Shown: positions 27,201 to 37,385 of the stretch, one piece after another
Numbering within the stretch: position 1 is the first letter of the stretch
Layout: each line of letters starts with the position of its first letter
Notes under the pieces: generated by a model
Seen by the model: only the letters and a program-made list of their open reading frames with translations
The model's database searches: none
What the model was told of the DNA's origin: nothing
Translations under genes and position numbers: made by a program
DNA from: Macrostomum lignano
Taxonomy: Eukaryota
Direction of reading: 5' to 3'
Assembly (NCBI GenBank): GCA_002269645.1
Contig: NIVC01002566.1
Span: forward strand, 62,001-126,000
Length of the DNA: 64,000 bases

Positions 27201-28516
27201 TGCTGTTGCAGGTCTGTGTTCAAGTCTTTGTTCTTTGTTGTTGACCCTTATCATTAGTCTCTGTATTGTTTTGTTAGTTTAGTCTCTGTCAGGCTTTGTT
27301 CTGCAAGATTAGTCTCTGTTAGTCTTTGTTCTGCAAGATTATTTTTTGTTAAACTTTTTTCTAAAAGATTAGTCTATCAGTCTTTGTTCTGTAAGATTGG
27401 TCTCTGTCAGTCTTTGTTCTGTAGTATTAGTCTCTATTTGTTTTTGTTCTGCGATATTAGTCCCTATTAGTCTTTGTTCTGTAGTATTAGTCCCTAGTAG
27501 TCTTTGTTCTACAATATTTGTCTATATTTGTCTTTGTTCTGCGGTATTAGTCCCTGCAAGTCTTTTTCTGTAATATTAGTCGTTGTCCCGAATCACCATC
27601 ACCACCCCTCTCCAAACTCGAACGCGCAGAACGGCGCCGATGTGCACCACGGTGAGAATTTCGAAGGCCGCCGCGGCATCGCCAGCATTCATTGCGCCGC
27701 AATTCGCGGCCGGCATCACGTTATACCATTGCTGCGCAAGTTTGGCGCCAATTTGAATGCCACAGACGAGCAGGGCTGGAGCCCGCTGCACTGGGCTGTT
27801 CACGAGCGATTTTACGATACTGTGCTGCTGCTGCTGCAGAATGGCGCCGACCCCAGGCTGCTCAACCAGGTGAGTCTCAAGCCACACGACCGCCTTGGTT
27901 CGATTCCCACATGTGTGAGCCGCTGTACACCCTGTCTGAGCCGCTGTGCACCCTGTGTGAGCCGGTGTACACCATGTGTGAGCCGCTGTACACCCTGTGT
28001 GAGTCGCTGTACACCCTGTGTGAGCCGCTGTGGACCCTGTGTGAGCCGCTGTACACCCTGTGTGAGTCGCTGTACACCCTGTGTGAGCCGCTGTACACCC
28101 TGTGTGAGCCGCTGTACACCCTGTGTGAGTCGCTGTACACGCTGTGTGAGCCGCTGTACACCCTGTGTGAGCCGGTGTACACCATGTGTGAGCCGCTGTG
28201 CACCCTTGTCAGCCGCTGTACACCCTGTGTGAGCCGGTGTACACCATGTGTGAGCCGGTGTACACCCTGTGTGAGCCGCTGTGCACCCTGTGTGAGCCAC
28301 TGTGCACCCTGTGTGAGCCGCTGTCGAAATTTCGAGTCCTGTCATCCTGGTTTCTATAGACGTTGAAAAGTACTTGCCTCTAACAATGATTTCTGTGTCA
28401 TCACACAGGATGGCCAACGGCCCATCCAGATGGCCACAACCAACGACATCACCTCCGTTCTGGAGCGGTTCGAAGCGCAACTGCTGAACGATGGTGAACC
28501 AATGTCAACAGAATGA
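2479..28516 (+). CDS. Multi-exon ankyrin-repeat protein, about 1255 aa and 31-32 ANK repeats; join(2479..3201,3979..4645,21277..21393,21734..22053,22844..23157,24229..24703,25666..25951,26694..27211,27630..27869,28409..28516)
   Basis: All nine introns are GT-AG with matching phases (0,1,1,0,2,0,1,0,0). Exons sum to 3768 nt = 1256 codons ending in TGA. Junctions rebuild ANK motifs (DSQ|GNTPLHYAA, DKQ|GYTALHW, CLHIAAQ|VGSLEIVDLLL, LLLQ|NGADV). Start ATG is less certain. Confidence 0.88.
3388..3942. repeat. Intron 1 minisatellite, 21-bp unit CTGATTGGAATCTATAGACTT
   Basis: About 25 tandem copies visible. Confidence 0.95.
3979..4645 (+). CDS. Ankyrin gene exon 2
   Basis: Acceptor TTGCCAG|GGC; GNTPLHYAA, GQLPLHNAA, GATPLIAAV, GVSPLLCAA, GYTALMYAV; donor C|GTGAGT at 4646. 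Confidence 0.9.
4711..21212. repeat. Intron 2 giant minisatellite, about 16.5 kb, 21-bp unit ATCCAT(G/A)GAATACTGATAAGA (about 780 units), with interspersed variant units and higher-order blocks
   Basis: Direct reading. Variant CCAGTACTTATCCAGTA(A)CTTG recurs every 200-850 bp; an 817-bp block is duplicated (4948/5765, 5398/6215). Confidence 0.98.
21277..21393 (+). CDS. Ankyrin gene exon 3
   Basis: ATGCAG|GC acceptor matches the phase-1 donor at 4646; CTPLQMAIGKGQMEIVKMLLDAGAN; donor G|GTGAGT. Confidence 0.88.
21501..21731. repeat. Intron 3 minisatellite, 23-bp unit TCTGACTATATTGTCACTCTTTA
   Basis: About 10 copies running up to the 3' splice site. Confidence 0.95.
21734..22053 (+). CDS. Ankyrin gene exon 4
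   Basis: TTTATAG|GT acceptor; SCLHTAV, GLTPLHYAA, ATPLIYAA; donor CAG|GTGAGA. Confidence 0.9.
22118..22790. repeat. Intron 4 minisatellite, 23-bp unit GGTAGTTTCACAGGTAGATATCA
   Basis: About 28 copies, degenerating toward the 3' end. Confidence 0.95.
22844..23157 (+). CDS. Ankyrin gene exon 5
   Basis: ATGCAG|GGT acceptor; GYTALHWC, GVTALVLG, LTPIFLCA; donor AG|GTGAGT. Confidence 0.88.
23232..24205. repeat. Intron 5 minisatellite, about 23-bp unit GAGTGACAATATGAGTGATGCCG
   Basis: About 40 copies with 21-23 bp variants. Confidence 0.95.
24229..24703 (+). CDS. Ankyrin gene exon 6
   Basis: CTCGCAG|A acceptor (phase 2); ETPLHFAL, VTPLHLAA, FTPLLTAV, ATCLHIAA; donor CAG|GTAAGC. Confidence 0.9.
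24760..25618. repeat. Intron 6 minisatellite, 23-bp unit GGTAGTTTTGCAGGTAGATATCG (same family as intron 4)
   Basis: About 37 copies; differs from the intron 4 unit at only 3-4 positions. Confidence 0.95.
25666..25951 (+). CDS. Ankyrin gene exon 7
   Basis: TTGCAG|GTC acceptor; ILPVHLAS, GLTCLHYAA; donor G|GTGAGG. Confidence 0.88.
26030..26602. repeat. Intron 7 purine-rich minisatellite, 21-bp unit GGGGGAGAGCGGAAGCATGAT
   Basis: About 25 copies. Confidence 0.95.
26694..27211 (+). CDS. Ankyrin gene exon 8
   Basis: CTCGCAG|GC acceptor; VLPLHMAC, ITPLYLAV, AAPLHISC, GVTPIHIVS, IIPLNQAC; donor CAG|GTCTGT. Confidence 0.88.
27250..27582. repeat. Intron 8 degenerate minisatellite, about 30-bp unit ATTAGTCTCTGTCAGTCTTTGTTCTGTAGT
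   Basis: About 10 diverged copies. Confidence 0.8.
27630..27869 (+). CDS. Ankyrin gene exon 9
   Basis: CGCGCAG|AAC acceptor; IASIHCAA, GWSPLHWAV; donor CAG|GTGAGT. Confidence 0.88.
27911..28325. repeat. Intron 9 minisatellite, 21-bp unit GTGTGAGCCGCTGTACACCCT
   Basis: About 19 copies. Confidence 0.95.
28409..28516 (+). CDS. Ankyrin gene terminal exon 10
   Basis: CACACAG|GAT acceptor; DGQRPIQMATTNDITSVLERFEAQLL...STE then TGA at 28514. Confidence 0.8.
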   Translation, partial: DGQRPIQMATTNDITSVLERFEAQLLNDGEPMSTE

Positions 28517-28969
28517 GCCTTTCTGTTGTGTTTGTTTTTAACTAACCAACTTACTACTGAATCTAACTGGAATCAGTAGTATACATACATATATTTCTAG
28601 ATGTATATTTATCATCATTTTAAAGCACTACCTATTAGTGATTAAAATAACCGTGATAAGCAGACTGGCTAATTAAATATGCATTCAGTAATTGCACTAA
28701 CGGCTTATTAATATTGTTATCTTTATTTAATACCGTACTAATAATGTCTGTGTACAATTATCATATCAAGCAAATTTATTTACCTGTGTTATTTAACTGA
28801 CTTTTTACTTCTTGATGCGTACTTTTTCAGAAGAAATAATGGATTCTTAAGCTTATTGAGCTTTGATTTATAGTTTGATTAATTATTAATAATTGTTGTG
28901 CCATTGTGTTTCAATTTTAATGCCTGCTTATCTGCTTTGGTAAAAACCTCACCTCGATTTAAGTCACAT

Positions 28970-29400
28970 CAGATGATAATGAGGGTGAGAGTCAAATGTG
29001 AGATTAGATGATAATTGGGGTGAGAGTCAAATGTGAGATTAGATGATAATTGGGGTGAGAGTCAAATGTGAGATTAGATGATAATTGGGGTGAGAGTCAA
29101 ATGTGAGATTAGATGACAATTGGGGTGAGAGTCAAATGTGAGATTAGATGATAATTGGGGTGAGGGTCAAATGTGAGATTAGATGATAATTGGGGTGAGA
29201 GTCAAATGTGAGATTAGATGATAATTGGGGTGAGAGTCAAATGTGAGATTAGATGATAATTGGGGTGAGGGTCAAATGTGAGATTAGATGATAATTGGGG
29301 TGAGAGTCAAATGTGAGATTAGATGATAATTGGGGTGAGGGTCATAGGTGAGATTAAATGACAATGAAGGTGAGGGTCATAGGGGAGATTAGATTATGAG
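28970..29400. repeat. 35-bp minisatellite GTGAGAGTCAAATGTGAGATTAGATGATAATTGGG
   Basis: About 10 clean copies, degenerating to about 29540. Confidence 0.95.
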
Positions 29401-31219
29401 GGTGAGAGTCAGATGGAATTATGACAAATGGGGTAAGTCATAGTTAAGATTATGTCAGTGGGGTGAGAGTCATAGTTAAGATTATGTCAGTGGGGTGAGT
29501 CATAGTTAAGATTATGTCAGTGGGGTGAGAGTCATAGATTATGCTAATGAGGTGCGATTCCGATGCCGATGAGTTCAAGGTTCTCGCAGGCAAATAAATT
29601 ATTGTTAATTATTTGGAAAAAAATTGCAACTCAGTGCCTTCCTTAAACCCAACCTGATGGACCGTTTAATCTCTGCTTCAACGGTGATGGGTTAATTGAT
29701 TGATTGATTTGATTTTGCGATGATCTCAGCTAGTACTGGAAAGTAAGTAGTTATATGTTCAGCTCACAAATTTATTGTGTCTGTTTTGAGTTCATTTTAA
29801 TTAGTTTCGCCTTTCAAAAACTTTAACTGATTTGTCCTTGTTGTGTCCCGACTTTACTCTTGGCTTTTTCCTCCGTTTTTCTCCGATTACGCTCGTGTAT
29901 TGTACTGTACTACTCATCTGTGATAGCTTAGCAGTAGTATGCTTAGCACATAATGCGATTTTCATCGCCCTGTCAGGGTTTTATTATATTATTAATCCGC
30001 TCTCATCTATTTGTGGCTTCTGTGTCTCCATTTTTTCTTAGAATAGATTTTCTTACGTGTACACGCAGGCTACTAAGATTGTGTTAATATATGCTATAAT
30101 TTCATGTACATGCAGCTCCCGCTCATTTTCCTGCTCTAGACCACACATACTAAAATAACTAGATGGGCCATTCAGTATAAAACAAGGCAGCTGAAATCAC
30201 TTTGATAAGTTCAGAAACCCAAGCTTGCAGCCGTAAACAACTTGCTAGTTGGTTCAGCAATAATGTACATTGGCCAGTCCACTGAAATGTACATGGCAGC
30301 TTTAGGCTGGAATTCCGAGAATGGCAATAAAAATTGGGGCGGTGCGGGGGGTAGTGTGGAAAGGCGCGGTTGCAGGGTTTAAGTGGGGTAAGAGCCAATA
30401 AAGGAACCTTGGCTTAAAAAATACATTAAAATGCTTCCGTTTAACTTGCTACTGAAAGTAGCTTACACGCAAATGTGCTGAGTGGCTCATCTAGTTATTA
30501 TAGTATCTGTGCTCTTTACAAATTTACTCGTAAATGAAAAAACTCGACCTCAGACTTTACATCGCCGCCCTTTTTTTCAAAACCTTGAAAAATTCTGTGA
30601 TTCGAAAATTTTGCAGGCTTACACACACACACACGCTCTGATACACACTTGCATTAATTTTCTCTTTGCTTCGTTCTTGTTTGATTGCTTTTTTCAGGCC
30701 ATTCAAATAGTAACTACTACTCGCTGTCTGAGGTGATTAGTAGTGTGCTGCTAAGATTTATTGCCGGACACCGCGTGTTTTGGCAAAGCTTTGAACAAAT
30801 TTACTCACTCTCTACTAGTAATTGAGTAGTATCATTTGCGCATAGGATTTGGCCAGTTTTACTTCTGTGTGAGTTTTCTTGCTGGGTTAAAATTTGTCTC
30901 ATATATCTTCCTCTGTGTGCGATTAAATCAAACTGCTTATTATTATTATTATTTGCTAATATTAACTACAGTGGCATGTCTGCAAGTGGTAAATTATACC
31001 ATATATTTATATATAAATATACTATACATACGCGAAACTTAACCGCACAACACGTTGTGCTATAGCAGCCTTTCAAGTAGATAGCTAACAGGAGGGCTCA
31101 ATGCGGTAACTGCAATCGGCTTTGTATTTTGGCACTGCGTATTTTTAATCATATTTGCATGACGTCAGGCTCAATCAGAGAGCAGGCAAGCAGGTTCATC
31201 TCAATCATGTGAATGGCTT

Positions 31220-33975
31220 CTAAATCACACTTGAGAATCATTTCTGAATCACACTTGATAATCGTTTCTGAATCACACTTGGGAATCATTTCTGAATCAC
31301 ACTTGAGAATCATTTCTGAATCACACTTGATAATCCGTTTCTGAATCACACTTGAGAATCATTTCTGAATCACACTTGGGAATCGTTTCTGAATCACACC
31401 TGGGAATCGTTACTAAATCACACTTGAGAATCATTTCTAAATCACACTTGAGAATCATTTCTGTATCACACTTGAGAATCATTTCTGAATCACACTTGAG
31501 AATCATTTATGTATCACACCTGAGAATCATTTCTGAATCACACCTGAGAATCATTTCTAAATCACACTTGAGAATCATTTCTGAATCACACCTGGGAATC
31601 ATTTCTGAATCACACCTGAGAATCATTTCTGAATCACACTTGAGAATCATTTCTAAATCACACTTGAGAATCATTTCTAAATCACACTTGGGAATCATTT
31701 CTGAATCACACTTGAGAATCATTTCTGAATCACACTTGAGAATCATTTATGTATCACACCTGAGAATCATTTCTGAATCACACCTGAGAATCATTTCTAA
31801 ATCACACTTGGGAATCATTTCTGAATCACACTTGGGAATCATTTCTGAATCACACCTGAGAATCATTTCTGAATCACACTTGAGAATCATTTCTAAATCA
31901 CACTTGAGAATCATTTCTAAATCACACTTGGGAATCATTTCTGAATCACACTTGAGAATCATTTCTGTATCACACTTAAAAATCATTTCTGTATCACACT
32001 TGAGAATCATTTCTGTATCACACTTGAGAATCATTTATGTATCACACCTGAGAATCATTTTTGAATCACACTTGGGAATCATTTCTGAATGACACTTAAG
32101 AATCATTTCTGAATCACACTTAAGAATCATTTCTGTATCACACTTGGGAATCATTTCTGAATCACACTTGAGAATCATTTCTGTATCACGCTTGAGAATC
32201 ATTTCTGTATCACACTTGAGAATCATTTCTAAATCACACCTGAGAATCATTTCTGAATCACACTTGAGAATCATTTCTAAATCACACTTGGGAATCATTT
32301 CTGAGTCACACTTGAGAATCATTTCTGTATCACACTTGAGAATCATTTCTGTATCACACTTGAGAATCATTTCTGTATCACACTTGAGAATCATTTCTGT
32401 ATCACACTTGAGAATCATTTCTGTATCACACTTGAGAATCATTTCTGTATCACACTTGAGAATCATTTCTGTATCACACTTGAGAATCATTTATGTATCA
32501 CACCTGAGAATCATTTCTGAATCACACTTGGGAATCATATCTGAATGACACTTAAGAATCATTTCTGTATCACACTTGAGAATCATTTCTGTATCACACT
32601 TGAGAATCATTTCTGTATCACACTTGGGAATCATTTCTGAATCACACTTGGGAATCATTTCTGAATCACACTTGGGAATCATTTCTGAATTACACTTGAG
32701 AATCATTTCTGAATCACACTTGGGAATCATTTCTGAATCACACTTGAGAATCATTTCTGAATTACACTTGAGAATCATTTCTGAATCATACTTGGGAATC
32801 ATTTCTGAATCACACTTGAGAATCATTTCTGAATTACACTTAAGAATCATTTCTGAATTACACTTAAGAATCATTTCTGAATCACACTTAATAATCATTT
32901 ATGAATCACACTTGAGAATCGTTTCTGAATCACACTTAAGAATCATTTCTGAATCACACTTAAGAATCATTTCTGAATCACACTTGGGAATCGTTTCTGA
33001 ACCACACTTGGGAATCGTTTCTGAATCACACTTGATAATTAATCGTTTCTGAATCACGCTTGATAATCGTTTCTGAATCACACTTGAGAATCATTTCTGA
33101 ATGACACTTGGGAATCGTTTCTGAATCACACTTGATAATCATTTCTGAATCACACTTGAGAATCATTTCTGAATCACACTTGGGAATCATTTCTGAATCA
33201 CACTTGAGAATCATTTCTGAATCACACTTGGGAATCATTTCTGAATCACACTTGAGAATCATTTCTGAATGACACTTGGGAATCATTTCTGAATCACACT
33301 TGAGAATCATTTCTGAATGACACTTGGGAATCATTTCTGAATCACACTTGGGAATCATTTCTGAATCACACTTGATAATCATTTCTGAATCACACTTGAG
33401 AATCATTTCTGAATCACACTTGATAATCATTTCTGAATCACACTTGATAATCATTTCTGAATCACACTTGAGAATCATTTCTGAATCACACTTGATAATC
33501 ATTTCTGAATCACACTTGATAATCATTTCTGAATTACACTTGGGAATCATTTCTGAATCACACTTGAGAATCATTTCTGAATCACACTTGATAATCATTT
33601 CTGAATCACACTTGATAATCATTTCTGAATTACACTTGGGAATCATTTCTGTATCACACTTGAGAATCATTTCTAAATCACACTTGAGAATCATTTCTGT
33701 ATCACACTTGAGAATCATTTCTGAATGACACTTGGGAATCATTTCTGAATCACACTTGATAATCGTTTCTGAATCACACTTGATAATCGTTTCTGAATCA
33801 CACCTGAGAATCGTTTCTAAATCACACTTGAGAATCATTTCTAAATCACACTTGGGAATCATTTCTAAATCACACTTGAGAATCATTTCTGTATCACGCT
33901 TGAGAATCATTTCTGAATGACACTTGGGAATCATTTCTGAATCACACTTGATAATCGTTTCTGAATCACACCTGA
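31220..33975. repeat. 24-bp minisatellite GAATCATTTCTGAATCACACTTGA (about 115 copies), followed by a short (GCTA)n tract
   Basis: Direct reading; explains the MILKCDSE and RIISESHL ORFs. Confidence 0.97.
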
Positions 33976-34314
33976 CTGCTAGCTAGCTAGCTAGCTAGCT
34001 GACTGCATCCCATCCCGCTGAAACACACCCCCCCCCATTCCAGCCTTGTTGGCTATTGAATATAATGTGAAACCCTCATCATTCCGGGGAGCTGCAGATG
34101 ACAGATAAAGGAGGCTTCAATTAATCAGCCGCTATAGTATAGATTTGGAGCAAGAGTTATTTTATATATACGTATATTTGTCAGCGCTCAGTTAGATGAC
34201 AAACAGCCAGCAAGCTACGGTAGACCAGAGTTAAATGGCAGTTTTTTCTACAGTCGCAGCCTAGCGCAGGTAGCAATGCTGCTGCTATGCAGGCATTGCT
34301 AGATGAGTTTTGTT

Positions 34315-34660
34315 CCTCTTTTAACTTCTGCGTGGCTCAGGCCGTAGGGCAGGGCTACGGGCCATTGTTTCAACCGCTGACGTGAGCTGCATGGTTTGGC
34401 GACTCCATCACAAGGGGTGCTGGACAGAAAATCTGGACTGGGGGACTACGTTCTATCGATTGGAAAACATAGGATCACATGCCCATTCCGCTCACACGGG
34501 GTGTACAAGCAGCGGCCCCCTGACTTCTCATCATCAGAGAAGACACGCACAGACAAACTCTGCCTTGGTGGTTTGGCCCTCATAGACGTGAATCGGGGAG
34601 TCGAGCCCGGGCCTCCGGTGGAGCGAGAGTCGGACGCGATAACCCGCTGAGCCCAGTGCT
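34315..34660 (-). mobile_element. tRNA-derived SINE-like element
   Basis: Minus strand begins with A-box-like TGGGCTCAGCGG and B-box-like GGCTCGACTCC, about 45 nt apart, then a non-tRNA body. The 3' boundary is approximate. Confidence 0.55.
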
Positions 34661-35218
34661 AGACTTGGTTGCTTTCCAATCCAGATTAGACAATTATTAG
34701 AAGTCCATGACTCCACAGTGACTGATGACGTCTGCTAATAGTCTTAATAAAGCACAGGGCCTGTCGGGAGCGCCAGCATTAACCCGCTGCCAACCCCAAC
34801 CCCGCACCCTCGCCGTTGCCAGGCGGTAGCGAAGTCAACAAGCCCGCAGGGTAGTGGACTCCCTCCTCTCACCCTCCACCTTCCCTTCTCTCATCCCTGT
34901 CCCTGCTGCCTGGTTGGCTACTAAAAATTAGAGAAAGAAAAATCCTTAGTCGCAAGAGCAGCGCTTTCGCACTAGACTAAAAACGGGCATTGTCCGGGAC
35001 GCAAAGCAGAAATCCTCAAAAATAATCGGGATCCCAAAGAGTCCTTCGATTTTGAGACATCATCAATCTCAACTTGATTAAGGTTCAGAGTGAACGTCAG
35101 GGGTAAGTACGGCTAGGATTTCTCTGATTGATGACTTAGACCTGCCTATCAGCTTAAAACTATTTAGTTCGGAATTGTCTTCGTTGAAATTCCACAGACA
35201 AGCATTCGAATTGCAACA

Positions 35219-36293
35219 ATGGTGGCTACTGAGAAGCTCATCTTCGTCTGCCTTCTGGTCATGGCGTCTCTCGCTGCTGCTGAGGTGAGCTGACACTTGG
35301 CAAGCGTTTAGGTGAGGGGGGGCGGTTCGACTTTGACGGTGCTGTAGTGTCTTGAGCCCTGACATTGGCCACTGAACCAGCCCTGACAATGGCCACTGAA
35401 CCAGCCCTGACATTGGCCACTGAACCAGCCCTGACATTGGCCACTGAACCAGCCCTGACTATGGCCACTGAACCAGCCCTGACTATGGCCACTGAACCAG
35501 CCCTGACAATGGCCACTGAACCAGCCATTACAATGGCCATAAAATTGCTGTCGCTTTTCCAGAAACTGGAATCGCCCGAGATAGAAGAGGAGGTTAAGGC
35601 TGTAGACAGGCAGCGTCACAGGCACCATGGTCACCACCGTGAAGGCGCTCTGCCATCGAGCCGCCACCGCAGCCCCCACGGGCATCATGCTAAGCACGGA
35701 CGGCACCACCACGCCAAGCACGGGTCCAACGTTGACAGACGAGCCGCCCTAGCCGACTTCAAACGCGCCGCCCTTTCGGACTTCAAACGTGCCGCCTTAG
35801 CCGACTTCAAACGTGCCGCCCTTTCGGACTTCAAACGCGCCGCCTTAGCCGACTTCAAACGTGCCGCCCTTTCGGACTTCAAACGTGCCGCCCTCTCGGA
35901 CTTCAAACGCGCCGCCCTAGCCGACTTCAAACGTGCCGCCCTTTCGGACTTCAAACGCGCCTCCCTCTCGGACTTCAAACGCGCCGCCCTAGCCGACTTC
36001 AAGCGCACGCCCGGGCACCGCAAGCAGCACCACAGTCAGGCCAGCGAGAGCAGGATGTCGCACAACAAAACCAAGTCCCAGGTAAGTAGCACCAAAAAAG
36101 GTTGAAAAAATCAATTTTACGCATATAACTGTCTGTGTATAGAACGGTCCTCTATTTAATTCAATTGATCATCATCCTGCAGTCTCACCACCCGAGAGAC
36201 AGCAGCGGCAAGCGGTCCTACTACTGGGACGTCTGCAGCCACTGGATCAACGGTCGGGAGCGCCTCTACGTGTGCAAAAAGCAGATCCGTTAA
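35219..36293 (+). CDS. Candidate neuropeptide/peptide-hormone precursor, 231 aa; join(35219..35284,35563..36081,36183..36293)
   Basis: Exon 1 encodes signal-peptide-like MVATEKLIFVCLLVMASLAAAE (donor GAG|GTGAGC). Exon 2 (TTTTCCAG|AAA) has 11 hexapeptides between RR/KR sites. Exon 3 (CCTGCAG|TCT) encodes SHHPRDSSGKRSYYWDVCSHWINGRERLYVCKKQIR-stop. Both introns are phase 0. A possible 5' UTR intron lies at 35103-35197. Confidence 0.88.
35360..35535. repeat. 24-bp minisatellite TGGCCACTGAACCAGCCCTGACAA in the neuropeptide gene's first coding intron
   Basis: About 7 copies between donor 35285 and acceptor 35562. Confidence 0.9.
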
Positions 36294-37385
36294 AGTTTGA
36301 AGACTGACTGACTCAAGCGACTGTTTAGAGATAAATGACTGTGAGAGTTGACGGAGACAGGTGAGAGTTGGTTGAGAAGGCTAAATATAGTGTAAAAACA
36401 AGTTTATTATCGAAATTATAATTCCCGTCATGTGATTAAACTATAATCTTCAAAATCATAGAGCCGGTTTGGCAACTAAAAAATTTTTTTTATTATTATC
36501 TTCTCACATAATATTGTGATTCAGTTTTGTTTTAATTGTGACTTTCTGTTGTTTTATTTTAATCGGAATCATCGCTTGGCGAGAGTGATTTATTCACTTG
36601 TGTCCAATATTAACCTTGAAAGAATGTTTTGTCTTGTTTCAATTGTAATGCCGGTTGAAGGTAATAATATTATTTATTCAAACACCTTTTTTTCGCCATC
36701 AATATAATCAAATCCGAAAGTTTGCTTTTGGTGAATCTTTTCTGTTTAACTAACTCGTCACTAAAACTTCTCTTCTTAATACACTGCGCTCCCAAGCAGA
36801 GTGAAACAAACAAAAGGAAATAAAACCGACCGACGTGAGTCTGCACCAGGACTCAATTAACCGAATCGCATTGGTCCCAAAAATGTAAAGTTTTATCAAG
36901 GTGTTGCTTTTATTGATTATTGGTCAGACGGCGATGTCTTCAATTAATTTCAACTCAAATCTCCACTTCCGATTTTAGAGATCTTCAAAACAGATTTCCA
37001 AGAGATCATCTTCAGCAGTTTAATTTAACACAATTTATTTTATTTAATCTTTGATTAATTGTAAGTTTGCTTTAACAAAGTCGATTTGCATTGTCTTTCT
37101 ACTTTGCCTATTGTTGCTAGCGCACTAGAATTGGGATTATTAAAAAGACAAAAATGACTCCCCGACATCTGTCTGTACTTTCTCTATTCATCCACTCTGT
37201 CTCGCTGCTTTTTGGCTTCTAAAACAAAATAGAAGGTGAGGACCGCATGACTGACAACTGGGAGATGAAAGGGATTCGATCCGCATGAATGATGTAGCTT
37301 GTTCCAGCGTATACCACCGGTTCTGATATCCTGCCTTAACAAAGAGATGACTGCAGCAGTTTCGGGAATTGCCAACCCCCACGGC

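Noticed and set aside
22954-28480. Repeat-derived ORFs (SLRHHSSCHSG, PLSPIML, GGERKHD, SRCTPCV and similar)
   Set aside because: Translations of intronic minisatellites or antisense shadows of ankyrin exons.
30345-30395. G-rich stretch as promoter or G-quadruplex
   Set aside because: Short, with no associated gene start identified.
31149-33934. MILKCDSE and RIISESHL ORFs
   Set aside because: 24-bp minisatellite with frequent stops; no splice or start context.
34585-34660. tRNA gene (also considered at 46700-46767 and 27880-27910)
   Set aside because: A/B boxes are present but I cannot fold a full cloverleaf with an acceptor stem; better explained as SINE heads.
35365-35562. MATEPALT repeats as the N-terminus of the 246-aa ORF
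   Set aside because: They lie between a GT donor (35285) and an AG acceptor (35562); the true N-terminus is the signal-peptide exon at 35219. Retaining the 278-nt intron would break the frame.
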